A DNA stretch of 63,684 nucleotides, filler included, from Phoronis australis (Eukaryota > Animalia > Phoronida), in NCBI GenBank assembly GCA_002633005.1. It is 6 parts of 6 records of this genome, joined end to end, with 100 filler letters (N's around TTAATTAATTAA, not from the genome) between each part and the next. Parts side by side here need not be neighbours in the genome. Positions count along the whole stretch, not along the records: positions 1 to 21,131 come from NMRA01001349.1; 5 more parts are not named here. One strand, written 5' to 3'. The position numbers were made by a program, and so were the translations under genes. Shown here one piece after another: positions 1 to 11,758 of the stretch; position 1 is the stretch's first letter; every line of letters starts with the position of its first letter. Below the pieces are notes generated by a model that did no database searches, was not told the DNA's origin, and was given only the letters and a program-made list of their open reading frames with translations.

Positions 1-31
1 AGATAAAATCATCAAGAAGTCATTCTTGACA
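1..31 (-). repeat. Start of 3' LTR (partial)
   Basis: agataaaatcatcaagaagtcattcttgaca matches 5671-5701 with one mismatch. Confidence 0.9.
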
Positions 32-42
32 CTCCGCCGCCA
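32..42 (-). promoter_or_regulatory. Polypurine-tract-like plus-strand primer site
   Basis: Minus strand TGGCGGCGGAG directly abuts the TG of the 3' LTR. Confidence 0.7.
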
Positions 43-168
43 GAAAAATGTGAACAAACACAAGTATGATACGGTTAGGTACAATGAACGTTAAACTAGG
101 TAATATAGATGGCTAACTACATCGTTTATATAAGAATACATGATACATGCAAATGCTACGTAAATAGT

Positions 169-1782
169 TTATGATAATAATTGTCCAGTCCAATGTTTAA
201 TATTTTGGAGGGCCTGGTCGGCTGCACGTCGTCTCACACGAGGAGGGTTGTCAATTTGATTTTGATCTTGAATAGTATTCCCTCCGATATCGTGGTGTAA
301 TTCCAAGGGGTATAGTTTAACAACCGGTCGGTTGGTTATTCCATTTTTTGTTTTCAGTGTTGCAGAGCGAACATAGCCATCCGCGCCGTGGTGAAGTTGT
401 GTAATAATAGCTAACGGCCAGTTAACGCGTTTAGAATCCGAATGTATGAGTACAATATCTCCCACATGGATGTCCGTTTTTGATGAACCACCTGTCTTGT
501 TAGTTGCAGCGTGATGTTCGCGTAATGCTGGGAGATATTCGCGTCGCCATTGTGTCCAAAATTTCCGGAAAAGTTGTTGCAAATAGATCACACGTTTTCC
601 AAACTGATCGTGAGGTGGGTTAGTTGTGTAGTCCGGATCTTCGAAGTCGTCCAAATTTTCATGCGGTAACGGCATGATCATCCGCCCGTGAAGTAAATGT
701 GCGGGAGTTATCGGAGATGAATCCGGATTGTCATCCGTGACGTACGTAAGTGGTCGGTTGTTGAGCACAGTCTGTACCTCCGTAACAAGTGTTGAAAGTT
801 CGTCTAATGTGATGTTCGTGTGACCAAGTGTTTTCTTTAAGCAGTTTTTTGTCATGCCTATCAAACGTTCGTAAAACCCTCCGAACCACGGTGCGCGTTT
901 TGGAATGAAACTCCAAGTACATTTGCGGGTTGTAAGATAGTTGGACGCACTTTCGAAAATGTTCGCAATATCCTGTGCTGCTGATACGAAATATGAGGCG
1001 TTGTCGGAAATCATTTTGGATGGTGTAGACCGTCTGACTGAGAATCGGCGAAACGCGCGAATAAATGATGATGTTGTAAGTGATGTCACAACTTCCAAAT
1101 GAACCGCTCTTGTTACAGCGCATGTAACCAAGCAAACGTAAGCCTTGTTGGTTTTTGACAGTGAGTTGTCATCGTGGTAAAACAGATGTCCAGTAAAGTC
1201 TACACCTGTTATGGTGAAGGGCGGAGCTTCGAGCAGACGGCAGTGGTGTGATGGAATTAGAATCGGGTATTTCGTGTTGTAGGGTAATGTTGAGTTCTCC
1301 ATACGTTCCGCGGCGCGAATTATACCATCAGTGTCCAAGAATAGATTTAATTGTTTGACAAGTGGCGCCTTTGATTTTGAATTTGCCTTCAGTGCTTGAA
1401 GTTCAGTAGAGTAGTACTCCGACTGTGCACATTTAATCCACAGTAAACTAGCTTGTTGCAGTTCCTTATCAGTAACATAACTTGACGTGTTACGTAAACG
1501 TCTAGTGAACCGCATAACATATGCGGTTACACGCAATAATTTGTTCAGCGTGGCATATCGGTTGATGTCTGTAATGTTGTTTATTCCAGTTTCGTCTGGC
1601 GATCCCAGTGATGCTGTGTTGATAGCTGCAATCGGATTGTCGCAGGTGCAATCCACATTTTCCGAAGACTCGCAAGTCGTTGACAACACTGCAGTGAGTG
1701 GCCAATCGCCACGCGTTAGCCATGATGGCCCGTGCCACCATAACGTAGATTTTTTCAGTTGATCGATAGTAATACCTCTAGT
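169..1782 (-). pseudogene. BEL pol C-terminal part: integrase core and DUF5641-like tail, HHCC zinc finger deleted
   Basis: TGVDFTG, CAVTRAVHLE, ISDNASYF, APWFGGFYERL, LNNRPL, FWTQWRREYL, RPVVKLYPLE; in-frame TGA at 1783-1785 upstream (ADL*TRG). Confidence 0.95.
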
Positions 1783-3283
1783 TCATAAATCTGCTGGATT
1801 GTCCTTGGTGGGGCAGTAATTTACAGAGTCAAACTTGGCAGATTTGACTTCATTGACACGATTCTGAACAAATATTGATAGTTTTTTCGTTCCTGTGATC
1901 CAATGAATTGCTATTTGACTGTCCCGCCAGAGAACCCGTTTGGTGATGTTTAGCGAACTAGCAATAGATGCGGATACATAGTTTGCTAGCCTAGCTCCTA
2001 CTAGAGCCGACATTAGTTCCAAGCGTGGGATGGTGATTTGTTTCAATGGTTTAACACGCGTTTTGGCCATTACGATTGATGATTCTTTCTTCGTCGTGAG
2101 AAAACAGACAGCTCCGTATGCGTCACTGCTGCTGTCACAAAACATGTGCAATTCGACATCGTTGGATTCTTCTGTGAAATATCGGCGATTACATGTTGTC
2201 GTACGAGCTTTTTGTAGGTCGGCGTTTATCGTTCGCCATTCTTCTGTTAATGATTCTGGCAGTTCGTCATCCCACCGGTAGTTTTCTATCCACAGTTTTT
2301 GAATAAATATTTTAGCCCGAACGTGCACTGGCGACAGAAATCCGAGGGGGTCGAATAGCGATGATGTTGTACTTACAACGTCTCGTTTTGTTGGGGTGGT
2401 AGCGTCCAAAGGATGTGATTTGAATTTGTCCGCGAAAGACAATTCATCGGCTGTGGTGTCCCATCGCATTCCTAGCAAGTTGACTGTGGGGTTACTGTCC
2501 TGTCTGTTATCCTTAATAGTCAGACTCCTTAGTCGAGGGTCATTAGTCGCCCAAGAGCGTAAATGGAAGCCAGCTGTGCTTAGTACCTCGTTGATTTCTG
2601 TGTAGTATTGCTTTGCTTTGCCTCGGGGCATGCTGCGTACAATATTGTCAACATAAACATCATTAGTCACATTGGTGAATGATGGTTTATTTTCAATGTC
2701 CAAGTGATGTTTTAGCACCGAGTTTAGAATGAACGGTGAGGACGATGATCCAAAGAGTACAGAGGTGAAGCGTAGAACTTTGAAGTCGCTGTTACGATCG
2801 TTTGGATTGGACAGCCAGAGAAATTTGGTGTAATTTCGGTCCTGCTGAGCTAACTTAACGTTGAGGAATGCCTTTTCAATGTCGCTTGACGTGCCTGTTT
2901 CGTGTACTCGGAAGCGTAAGAGAATAGACGCGAGGTCTCCAGGCAGACATTCACCTGTGTCCAGGCATTGGTTGAGACTGGGTTGGCCTTTCATTGAAGC
3001 GCTGCAGTCGTATACTATCCGGATAGGTGTTGTGGTTGAGTCCTTTTTTACCGAGTGATGTGGTAAATAATGACCAGTGGTTGGATCGTCGTTGTGGACT
3101 TCTTCAATGAATTTGCGTTGTAGTTGTTCTCGTATTATGTTGTCATAATGCTGNGGTGTTGCGGTTGAGTCCTTTTTTACCGAGTGATGTGGTAAATAAT
3201 GACCTGTGGTTGGATCGTCGTTGTGGAATTTTTCAATGAATTTGCGTTGTAGTTGTTCTCGTATTATGTTGTCATAATGCTGT
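1783..3283 (-). pseudogene. BEL reverse transcriptase and RNase H (Pao type)
   Basis: YLPHHSV, RIVYDCS, DIEKAFL, FGSSSSPF, YVDN, FDPLG, LHMFCDSS, TIPRLEL, NPADL. Confidence 0.95.
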
Positions 3284-4244
3284 AAATTCTCATAGCGCGA
3301 GTTCTGTGGTGTGCCATTGCGTAATTGGTAGGCAAGGGTTCGTGGTCTTGTTTCCACGGTAGAGTCGCGATGTACTGTCCCGTGACCTCATCGCGTTGTA
3401 GCGTTTTCCGGTAACTGTTGAATGATGACAATTTGGTGTCGCAACATGTGGGCTCCTCGATTCCAATAGTTTCCAACTCCCAGTAATGCTTTGTGATGTC
3501 ATCGGGGCTGTCAATCATAACCTTGAAGGAGGCGCATGTATTCACGTGAGTCTGCAAGTGGGTGGGGCCGGAAAGCATGTACCCAAATTTGGTTTGAACG
3601 GCTGTTGGTCCATCGCCGCGAATGACGTGATCGCCGACAACGGTCCAGTAGAAATCAGCGCCGATCAGGATGTCAATGTCGAAAGCCGAACTGCTCACGT
3701 GGTTGGCCAGGTCTAGTTGTTGGAGATACGGGTGTGCTGTCANCACAAAAGGAGCAGAGAAATTGCCAAAAATAGTTTCGAGTTCGTTTCGAGTACAAAG
3801 ATTAGAGACCGGGCCCAGGATGTCAATGTCGAAAGCCGAACTGCTCACGTGGTTGGCCAGGTCTAGTTGTTGGAAATACGGGTGTGCTGTCACCGCAGGC
3901 GGTACGTAATTTCTCATAGGAGTGGAGATTCTTGGGACGATCAGTGTAGAAATCTCAATCGGCCCATCCCTTGAGTGCAGGCTGATTGATGTTACCGGTG
4001 TAGATTGAATTCCAGTGGTCTTTGCACCGAATGCTGTTAGATTAATCGTTTCCTTTTGACATCTGTTGACGTCATTGCCGAGCTGGGTGGCGCTTTTCTG
4101 GGAATTGAAGGATCTCTGCGCACCCTCGTCAATTAAAATATTCGCCGGAACCACAGTTCCTTTGTGACTAACTTTGATTGAAGCCGTCTTCAATAGAATA
4201 GCTTCGGAAGTTGTTGTCAGCTTGGCGTGCACATCTTGAGTCAT
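3264..4244 (-). pseudogene. BEL aspartic protease and linker region, frameshifted at both ends
   Basis: ILLKTA...ILIDEGAQRSF, DILIGADFYW, AVQTKFGYMLSGP, YWELETIGI, LPWK. Confidence 0.9.
3744..3815. mobile_element. Probable terminus of a PIF/Harbinger-type element inserted in the BEL protease; remainder lost at the N at 3743
   Basis: Foreign sequence beginning GGCCCGGTCTCTAA (minus) right after CTG, with repeated ACTCGAAAC; CWG is the target of other Harbingers in this window. Confidence 0.5.
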
Positions 4245-4297
4245 GGGGGTGAGTCAGCCGCAGCCGTAGTGTGACTCTCGCAAATTGCTGTGTGATG

Positions 4298-5434
4298 TCA
4301 ACCATTGCAGGTGCGGCAATTGAATTTAGACTTGCATTCCATAGCCCTGTGTCCCGAATGCAAACAATTACGGCAAAGGCGGTCTCTTTGGACGATTTCG
4401 AGTTTCTTCTGTAGGGTGTCTACCACAGCGCATTTGTGTGATTTGTGTTGTTTTGACTTACAAAACGCACAGCTTCTCGTAGTTTTGTTGGGAGTGAATT
4501 TTTGTCGATTTCGGCGTTGATGTCCCACGTAGAAATTGTTGGTTGAGGCGATTGGTTCAGAGTATGGCTCTTGCATCGTAGCGGTGCTGAGGGCCTCGAT
4601 TTCATGGTAGATTGCAGCTCGTAGATCGGAGAGGTGCCACTCATTATCACCATGGTCGTGTGACAGTTGAGTGCGCATCCTACCTGGTAAGCGGTTTAGA
4701 ATAACTGGGACCAACAGGTCACCGTAAGAGTCCTCGGACTTCCCGAGTGCATGTAAGCCTCGTACATATGTTTCAATTGTGTCGTAAAAACGACGGAGAC
4801 TGTCAATGTCCGCAGATGGTGGTGGAATATCCAGTAATCCAGTCATGTAAGCGTTAATGATTTTGTGAGTTTGTCCGTATCGTTTTTTCAAAAGTTCCAG
4901 CGCCTGTTCGTAATTGGCAGCCGTAAGCGAAAGCCCGCTGATGGCCTTAGCGGCGTCTCCAAATAATTGCGCTTGGAGATATTGGAATTTTTGCACGTCT
5001 GAAAGTCCTTCCTGACCATGCACTGCCGAATCGAATGTGTCAAAAAAGGTAGTCCAGTTTTTAATGTCACCACCAAATTTCGGTAGCTGCAGCTTTGAAG
5101 CTGTTATCGATGCAGGGCCTGTTGTAGAAGAGGCCTGCTCGAGGAATAGAATAATTTTTGCCCGTTGTTTATAGGCGTCCGTGTTATAATTGTCGGATTC
5201 CTCGATCGTATGTTCGATGTCGTCATCCTCAACGAGGTCAATGACGCTATTGTCCAGAGTTGCTATTAAGTCCATTTTTTGTGTTATGAGATCCAGGTTC
5301 GTTTTTACGCCGTCATAGTCCATATCGCTCATGAGTTGTTCAGTCTCTGAAAACAGTTTCGTGATGATGCCGCGGTGGGCTCCTCGTCTCCTCCTCTCGC
5401 GAGTAAGTTTCTGTTGCGCTGTCATAGATTCCAT
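4298..5434 (-). pseudogene. BEL gag (DUF1759-like domain plus zinc knuckles)
   Basis: KLQLPKFGGD...W..F.D.F, LSDVQKFQYL, CAFCKSKQHKSHKC, CRNCLHSGHRAMEC, CRTCNG*HH; likely ATG at 5434 just after the PBS. Confidence 0.95.
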
Positions 5435-5445
5435 TACGTCGGGTA

Positions 5446-5458
5446 GGTTTCGGCACCA
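5446..5458 (-). promoter_or_regulatory. Primer binding site, tRNA-Phe type
   Basis: Minus strand TGGTGCCGAAACC is complementary to the 3' end of tRNA-Phe (GGUUUCGGCACCA). Confidence 0.85.
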
Positions 5459-5464
5459 GAAAAT

Positions 5465-5701
5465 TGTGTGGAATGAATTGGGAGAGCAAAAGTGATAACT
5501 GGTTCGTGTAAGGTTAAAAGAACAACTGACTTTATTTGCACAGAAACTAAAATATAATAATACAGTCATGCAGCCACGTGTAGTAATCACGTGGTACGAG
5601 TAGGAGGAGTTAAACTAACCAATAGTATTAAACGTGTAGGTGGGCCCAAATAAGGCACAATTCTTAGAATAGATAAATTCATCAAGAAGTCATTCTTGAC
5701 A
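5465..5701 (-). repeat. 5' LTR (~237 bp, TG...CA)
   Basis: Begins TGTCAAG, ends CACACA 6 nt before the PBS; contains AATAAA. Confidence 0.85.
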
Positions 5702-6943
5702 ATGGATGTCTTGAGTAATATGACTGGAGTTGTTGGCCAGATGAGTCTTGAGCTCAAATGTAGTCACGCGTAAGTTGGCTTAAGCTGCTTTTGCTCCCGG
5801 TAAAAAGCACAGCATGTTCAGAATTGTGAGTGTTGGACATATTTTCCCTACTGTCGGGACACTTGGCAATGAGGTGCCTGTTGGAACCACAGCTTATGCA
5901 TGTCATACGTTTTCCGGTTGATCCTATCGGATTAAGCGGCCGTGCATCCGGTTGCCTGTCATTACTGACGCCCGGCTGCATATGTCCTCGTCCGCGACCA
6001 CCTCTACCTCGGTCTCACCACGGAGGTCGGCGCGTATAACCCGTGGCAAGGAGTGCATTACAGCCCCGCCGCTCAGAGTACCTGCAGTTGGGCAGTAGAA
6101 TATCCGAAAGTGGATAAGTCGATCGTTTCTCTAGTAGCATGGTCAGTGTCAACATTCAAGCGCTGGGCGGCCCTGGCGGTCAGAATCGTTCATTGCGGAC
6201 CTTCATCGAATAAATTATTTACCTTAGTGCGATGCCTCTCTCTGTCAATGTTGGCAGTGGCAGTCTTCAACAAAACTGGCCTTGCTGTGGGTGCCAGGTG
6301 CACCTGGGCATTTGGAGTGGTACTCGGTGGGTTGGCGGTTAACGTGACTTCTTTGTTTGGTTGGCTGGTGTGCGAACTGTTGTCGAACAATTGCAGCTTG
6401 AGGCGCTGTACTCTCCGAGTCGGGTGTCTAGCAGGTGATGTTGTGGTGATCGGGGTTGGTGATAGTTTCTTGGCCTTGGTGATAAATCTGGTTGCGTGGA
6501 AAATGGTCTCTAGCACAGTGGACATGCAGGCATCGGTAATGATGATTTCGTCTTCTATGGCATCCTCGCCATCAAGCAGGGTGATTATGCTGTCATTGAG
6601 CATTTCTAGCTGAGTTCTCTTGGTGTGTATCTGGTTTAGAACCATCTCCAGGTCGGCACAAGGTCCGATGGAGTCGCAGTCATGAAGTGGGTGGCATGAT
6701 CAATGAGCTTCGTCATGAGTCTTCGGTGCACACCGCGTACGGTCTTCTGGTGGGCCAGTTGAGAAGCCATCGTCGCACAGGTCACTGCACCAAACAATGT
6801 AGTATAACACAACTGGCAGTAGCAAGATGAGGACTGTCTTTATTAGACAAGTGAACGGATTTATTTACAAGTTACAAATATGTGGGTTGCATGCACTAAA
6901 CTTCAGGAAATAACAGTAAACAACTCTAAGAACTTTCACAACA
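5702..6943 (-). mobile_element. Second, heavily deleted BEL/Pao element, interrupted by the first
   Basis: PBS-like TGGTGCAGTGAC (tRNA-His-like, 6781-6792); MASQLAHQKTVRGVHRRLMTKL gag start; gag N-term fused to protease (PVLLKTA...LFDEGPQ, RETIDLSTFG); RT-like ELKTHLANNSSHITQDI at ~5702-5755; putative LTR ~6798-6943. Confidence 0.8.
5756..6040 (-). mobile_element. Copia-like (GalEa-type) gag zinc-knuckle fragment embedded in the second BEL
   Basis: RGRG-rich stretch then LNPIGSTGKRMTCISCGSNRHLIAKCPDS...AVLFTG; single CX2CX4HX4C preceded by NP, not BEL-type. Confidence 0.55.
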
Positions 6944-8289
6944 ATCATCAGAACTATTCTGTTGTGTTTGCCAAATAGGTAATGGTCAGCTATCTTGAGG
7001 CTATGATTCCGTGAATGACCATTACACAATCTTGTTTACTACAGAGATCATCAAAACATATGTGGACGCGAATGGGTCGGTTGCTGACTCAGCTGACAGC
7101 CAAAACAAGTTACTATAAACACAAACAATTTGTTAGCAAAGAAATAATATCAATAATACTGTCAAACTAACATACTAAGTAATATACATGTATCATGAAT
7201 TTCACGCATTTCATGACAATGACACACCATCCACTGAACAACCAATGAATATAGTGATGGTTATGGATAATGTAAGACAAGGCTTCTCAAACTTGAAACT
7301 GCTGTGATTAAAACGCATTGCTCTTTTATACAAATCTTTTGCTGTATTTTCGTGTTAAGTGCCCAAGTTTAGACACATGTTGGTGAATACGGTGTGCACT
7401 GTGTCCTCGTCAATGACTAATTTCACCTTTTTGACAAACTATGTACTATACGATATTTGTAAACCATTGCTTTTATAGCTGTCTATGCACAAGTATGACA
7501 TAGAAACCCTAGAATCAAGATCCTCGATAAACATTATGAAACCCTTACATTTGTCACTGATTATTTTTGTTTGGCTCACCCTAAAATCCAGCAACCAAAA
7601 TACTAACACCACTTCTTGGCAGTCAAACGAGGTAAACAGAAACAGAACTTTTACAAGTTCAGCATGCATGAAACAATGCCAGAGTTCTTTAGTAGAGTTT
7701 CTAGAGTTTCAGGTGCACTTTTTTAAACAGCGTGGTTATCACGTCAATTGACCCACAAGGCCTCAAGCCAACGGGGGGCCCATTTGTGGGACCTATGGGT
7801 CATGTTAGAATTTTCTGTCTTTTTTGATTCTAATTTTGGGGGAAGCCGCATTTTGACCTCTGGCTGGGTTCCACCTCGGTATTCTGCTCAGCGATTCATG
7901 ATTGGTCAAAACTGTAAACTGCCATTAGGCCTCCAACACTTCCACTTTTTTGAGAACGCTTCCATTGTTTGGCCTAACAATTTTTGTAAACTTTCACATA
8001 ATAGTTCATTTATTCTTTGCAAAATCACAATTAAAGATCATTGTAACTTTTTTAGAAATATCGTTATGCCGTACACATTGATCAGCTGTTCGCCTCTGCA
8101 TTCAAGCTGAAATTTTGTAGCAATCCTGAATGTACCGCATAATAATACTTCAGGAGAAAATAAGGTACGATAATTATACAGCCCAAGACATAAGATATGA
8201 CAGAGCGTCAATAAAAGTATATGTATGCACCAATGACATGCTCCTAAAATTATCCCCAGAGTCAGACCCTGGTGTTTGGGGATTCCTAC

Positions 8290-8686
8290 CTGAGCCCACA
8301 GGAAGCATGACGTTGAACTTTGATTCCACAAATTTGGTTCATTCACTCTTCATACCTCTGTCAGGTTTCCCCTTTCCTGTGTGCAGCGGATGCACACAGC
8401 GTTTTTGGCGACACCAATATAAGCGGAGATTGTATCGATGGTTGGGACAGATAGAATCGAACTCCTGTATAGCCGAGGTAGATAGGCCACTTCTAGAGAG
8501 GATAAGTTCCGCTTCATTTACATCACCTCCCCTCACTTTCAAGCTTCTCAAATGTCTCGCGACATCCCTTGTACATTGAGCAAACGTTTTCAGAGGTGTT
8601 TCTCCTGGCAGTTTGGAAAAAATGCCACATTTGATGGGACTGGCAGGGCCAGATAAATTTGCGAACCTGCACTTTAGATCAGCCAT
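8290..8686 (-). pseudogene. N-terminal exon of a large DNA-transposon protein (tentatively Sola3-like)
   Basis: EAELILSRSG...ICPNHRYNL..YW..CVHPLH..KPDRG..*..MLPVGSG followed by GT donor; Cys/His motif typical of invertebrate DNA-transposon ORFs; family assignment from memory only. Confidence 0.45.
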
Positions 8687-9759
8687 CAGTGAACTACTGC
8701 ATGTTCGTGCTTTAGTTTGGTATTCAATTAGACGTACAAATCTAGTTTAATTTTATATTCAATGTCAACGTTTTGTGCTCTTAGATTTATTTAAAGCATT
8801 TATGCAAATCATTTCTTTTAATTGTTATAATATATTTACGGCAGTTTTAAAAAATTAAAATGCGTATAAACGGCGAACATATAGTGACTGGTTTTACACG
8901 ACAAAGACCCGAAATTGGGGTTTGAAATAGCATAATTCAGAACCTTTTCGCAAGAATGCTTGAAGGGCTGACAAAGTTTTTTTTTTATTTCAAGGGCATG
9001 GACTCTTCTGCATGCCCGTATTATCTTTTTCAGTTTTTTTGTGGGGGCAGCTGAGATACAAGGGTATAACCCACTGCTGGTTTTTCACAAGCATGAAAGG
9101 TACCTCCACTGAACCACTTCCAGTGTTACCATGGTAACCGATATTTTAGTGTCGGTGCCGGTTTTGCTTACTTAAGTCATGAAATTGTCACAAGATATCA
9201 AAATTCAGTAAAGATTCGTATAAATGTCCCAACTCTCTAGTTCATCCTCAACAAAACATCGAACTGCCTCTATCAGGGTACGGTTATAATGTTCACCTTG
9301 TCCATTGGCACTAGGCCTATAAGGCGCAGTACACATCTTATGGATTTTTGTGAATTTACACAACTCTGAAATCAGAATACTTTCAAAATTAGAGCCCTGA
9401 TCTGTGAATAACTGAATCTGGAAACCAAACCTACTGAAAACTTGGATTACCAGCTACCCTTGCAGTCTCTATGACTGACTGGGATTCCATTGGAATACAT
9501 TCAACCCATTTCGTGAACTGGTCCACAATTACTAGCACATGCCTATATCATCTAGGCGTACGAGGTAAGGGACCTAAAAATCCATTTGAACACGTTCCAT
9601 GGGAACAGAAGCATGATAAATAGTCAATGGCTTCCTAGGACATCTATTAGGTCTCTTACCTCGTCGATGTTGCAAAATATCACAGCATCAGCTGACTGGG
9701 CCTGACCGAGAGCTATACAGAGTATTGTGGAGAAAGATCATTATTGAAAGCATGAACGG

Positions 9760-9900
9760 ACTTCAGCTTGACTTGTGACGTTATCCTTATTCTGGCCAAT
9801 TGGTGGCGTTTTGGCTGCCATATGCTTGTCTTTTGGGAATCTAAAGAGGCACCCACCTTCCACCTGCCCGGTGTTTGAGCAGTTCGCGCACACTCTGTGA
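9760..9900 (-). pseudogene. Degenerate THAP-domain fragment (transposon derived)
   Basis: Minus strand CANCSNTGQVEGGCLFRFPKDK fits THAP C-x-C...F.FP. Confidence 0.5.
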
Positions 9901-10299
9901 TGAACTATGGCTAAACTATGCCAAGATAGAATAGTCTTTCTCCACCGTGCACAGTGTTATTGAATGGTGTTGAACTGCATTGTGTGATTTGGTCTATTTT
10001 GAGTTCCCCTACACCATATCATGGTGTCAGAAGAGGCCAAGTTTTTGCAGATTTTTTTATTTTTGCATTTTTAAAATAACTTTTGATACTATTATACAAT
10101 AATTTGGATAAAATACATCCAAATAATAATACATTTTAACATACTTTGTCCTTGCAAATTTCACTTTAAATTCACACTGTAAATGACTCCTCTTCGCCAG
10201 GAACCTCACGCTCTGACACTAAAAGCTCTGACTTGCCCGGTTCTTCTTGTTAATGTCTGGGGATATGCACAACACCTTTTATTCATTCAGCCAATGAGC

Positions 10300-10545
10300 T
10301 ACACCAAAGAGACTGTCATGCACTGTTATGAGTCCACCACGGTTGATTCTATCAGTCCAAATGGTCGTATACTGTAAAAATGAACTGGCTTGACTATTTT
10401 CTGATTACCAAGTCTCCAAAACTCTGTTACATTCCCTATGAACTGTGTTCTCACTACTCAAAAACCACTTCTTTAAACTAAAAGAGATGTACCCGGCCAC
10501 ATATCGTAACATCATCTCTTCTTCTTTAGTCAAAGGAGCAGATGG
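10300..10545 (-). pseudogene. Transposon-associated ORF remnant with YVAGY...RGGL motifs
   Basis: PLTKEEEMMLRYVAGYISFSLKK...W*...WTDRINRGGLITVHD in one frame with one stop; resembles the C-terminal motifs of P-element-related proteins. Confidence 0.55.
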
Positions 10546-11234
10546 CTCTGATTGCTTTCCCTTGTATTAGTACCTTACACTGGACAATGTTTCTAAACAT
10601 TTGGCGCACAATTCTAAAGCAACAGGTTGTTGTCTAGCAGTACCTTATTCTTCGACATCAGTTCCCTATACTTTGACTGCAACACTTTGAAATTGCGAAA
10701 CTCGTGGACCTTGGTGAACACTTTCACTCTTTTATATGCACTTAAGTGTTCTGCCATCACAGCACTCTAATATTAACCATAGTTCTGTCCACAAAATTGC
10801 AGATGTCCCCGTTTCAAGGTGGCCGCTGCCTTTCGGACTTCTTGACCATGAGCCCTGGAAAGGTTCACGGATCACTTATCACCTTATCTAACGCTTTGTG
10901 TGGCAACTGCATGCTTTCAATGAAATATTTTCTCTTGTCAATAGTCATGAACTCTGTCTACCCTCTGCTAAATTTCACAAACCCAAGCATCAATACAAAG
11001 TCTTTACGTACTACTCTTTGCTACGATGGCTGTTGAGCTGGGGCCCGTTCCAAGAAACTGACTTAAGTTCATTTTTGACTTAAGTTTAAGACTTTTCTTA
11101 AGTTTTTGACTTAAGACAAATCCTAAGATTATTTTGCGTTCCAAGAAACAATTTTAGCTAAGACTGACTTAAGTTTTTGTCTTAACTTTAAGTCAACTCT
11201 CACCTTGTCTTAACTCGATCTTAAATTTGTCAAA

Positions 11235-11758
11235 ATGGCCGTATTCCACATTCGTCAGCGAAGAAATGAAAACCTAGGCAGAGTTTATCGAGAGCGTCTT
11301 CAATACAACTCGTATGTTGACCGGTACCGGATGAACAAGGATGCAGTTGACTTATTATGCCCTTTTTTAAAAGACGACCTCGAGCCAGAAACTCGCAGAG
11401 GATATTCACTTACAACTGAGCATCAAGTCTCAGTTGCGTTGCGGTTCTACGCCACTGGAAGCTTTCAAACGGTCGTAGGTGATAACCAAGGGGTGACTAA
11501 GTCGACCGTTTCAAGAACGATCACAAAAGTAACAATTGCCATCAACAATTCACCCGACTTGTCGCTCCCCAACTTGATCGACAACATCGATCTGTACCAG
11601 CGGCAATTCCATCAAGTCGCTGGCTTTCCCCGTGTTGTGGGATGCGTAGATGGGTCACTAGTAGCGATTAGAGCACCACAGCATGATGAGCAAACATTTG
11701 TTTGCAGAAAAGGCTTCCATGCCATAAACGTTCAAGTGGTTGCAGACCCCTTTTTAAG
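11235..11758 (+). pseudogene. HARBI1-like DDE transposase, first exon only
   Basis: ALRFYATGSFQ, FPRVVGCVDGS, RKGFHAINVQVV; ends AG|GTAAGT; later catalytic exons not found. Confidence 0.9.

Larger units (their letters stand above)
1..5701 (-). mobile_element. BEL/Pao LTR retrotransposon, near full length but defective; 3' LTR runs off the window start
   Basis: gag-PR-RT-RH-IN order on minus strand; 1-31 nearly identical to 5671-5701 (LTR starts TGTCAAGAATGAC on minus); tRNA PBS and PPT present; nonsense codons and frameshifts. Confidence 0.97.

Noticed and set aside
1783-1785. Programmed readthrough of in-frame TGA in pol (also 4298-4300)
   Set aside because: Element also has frameshifts and deletions; simple decay is more parsimonious
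3035-3283. Tandem duplication within BEL RT N-terminal region
   Set aside because: Two slightly different copies joined by a single N at 3154; typical unmerged contig overlap
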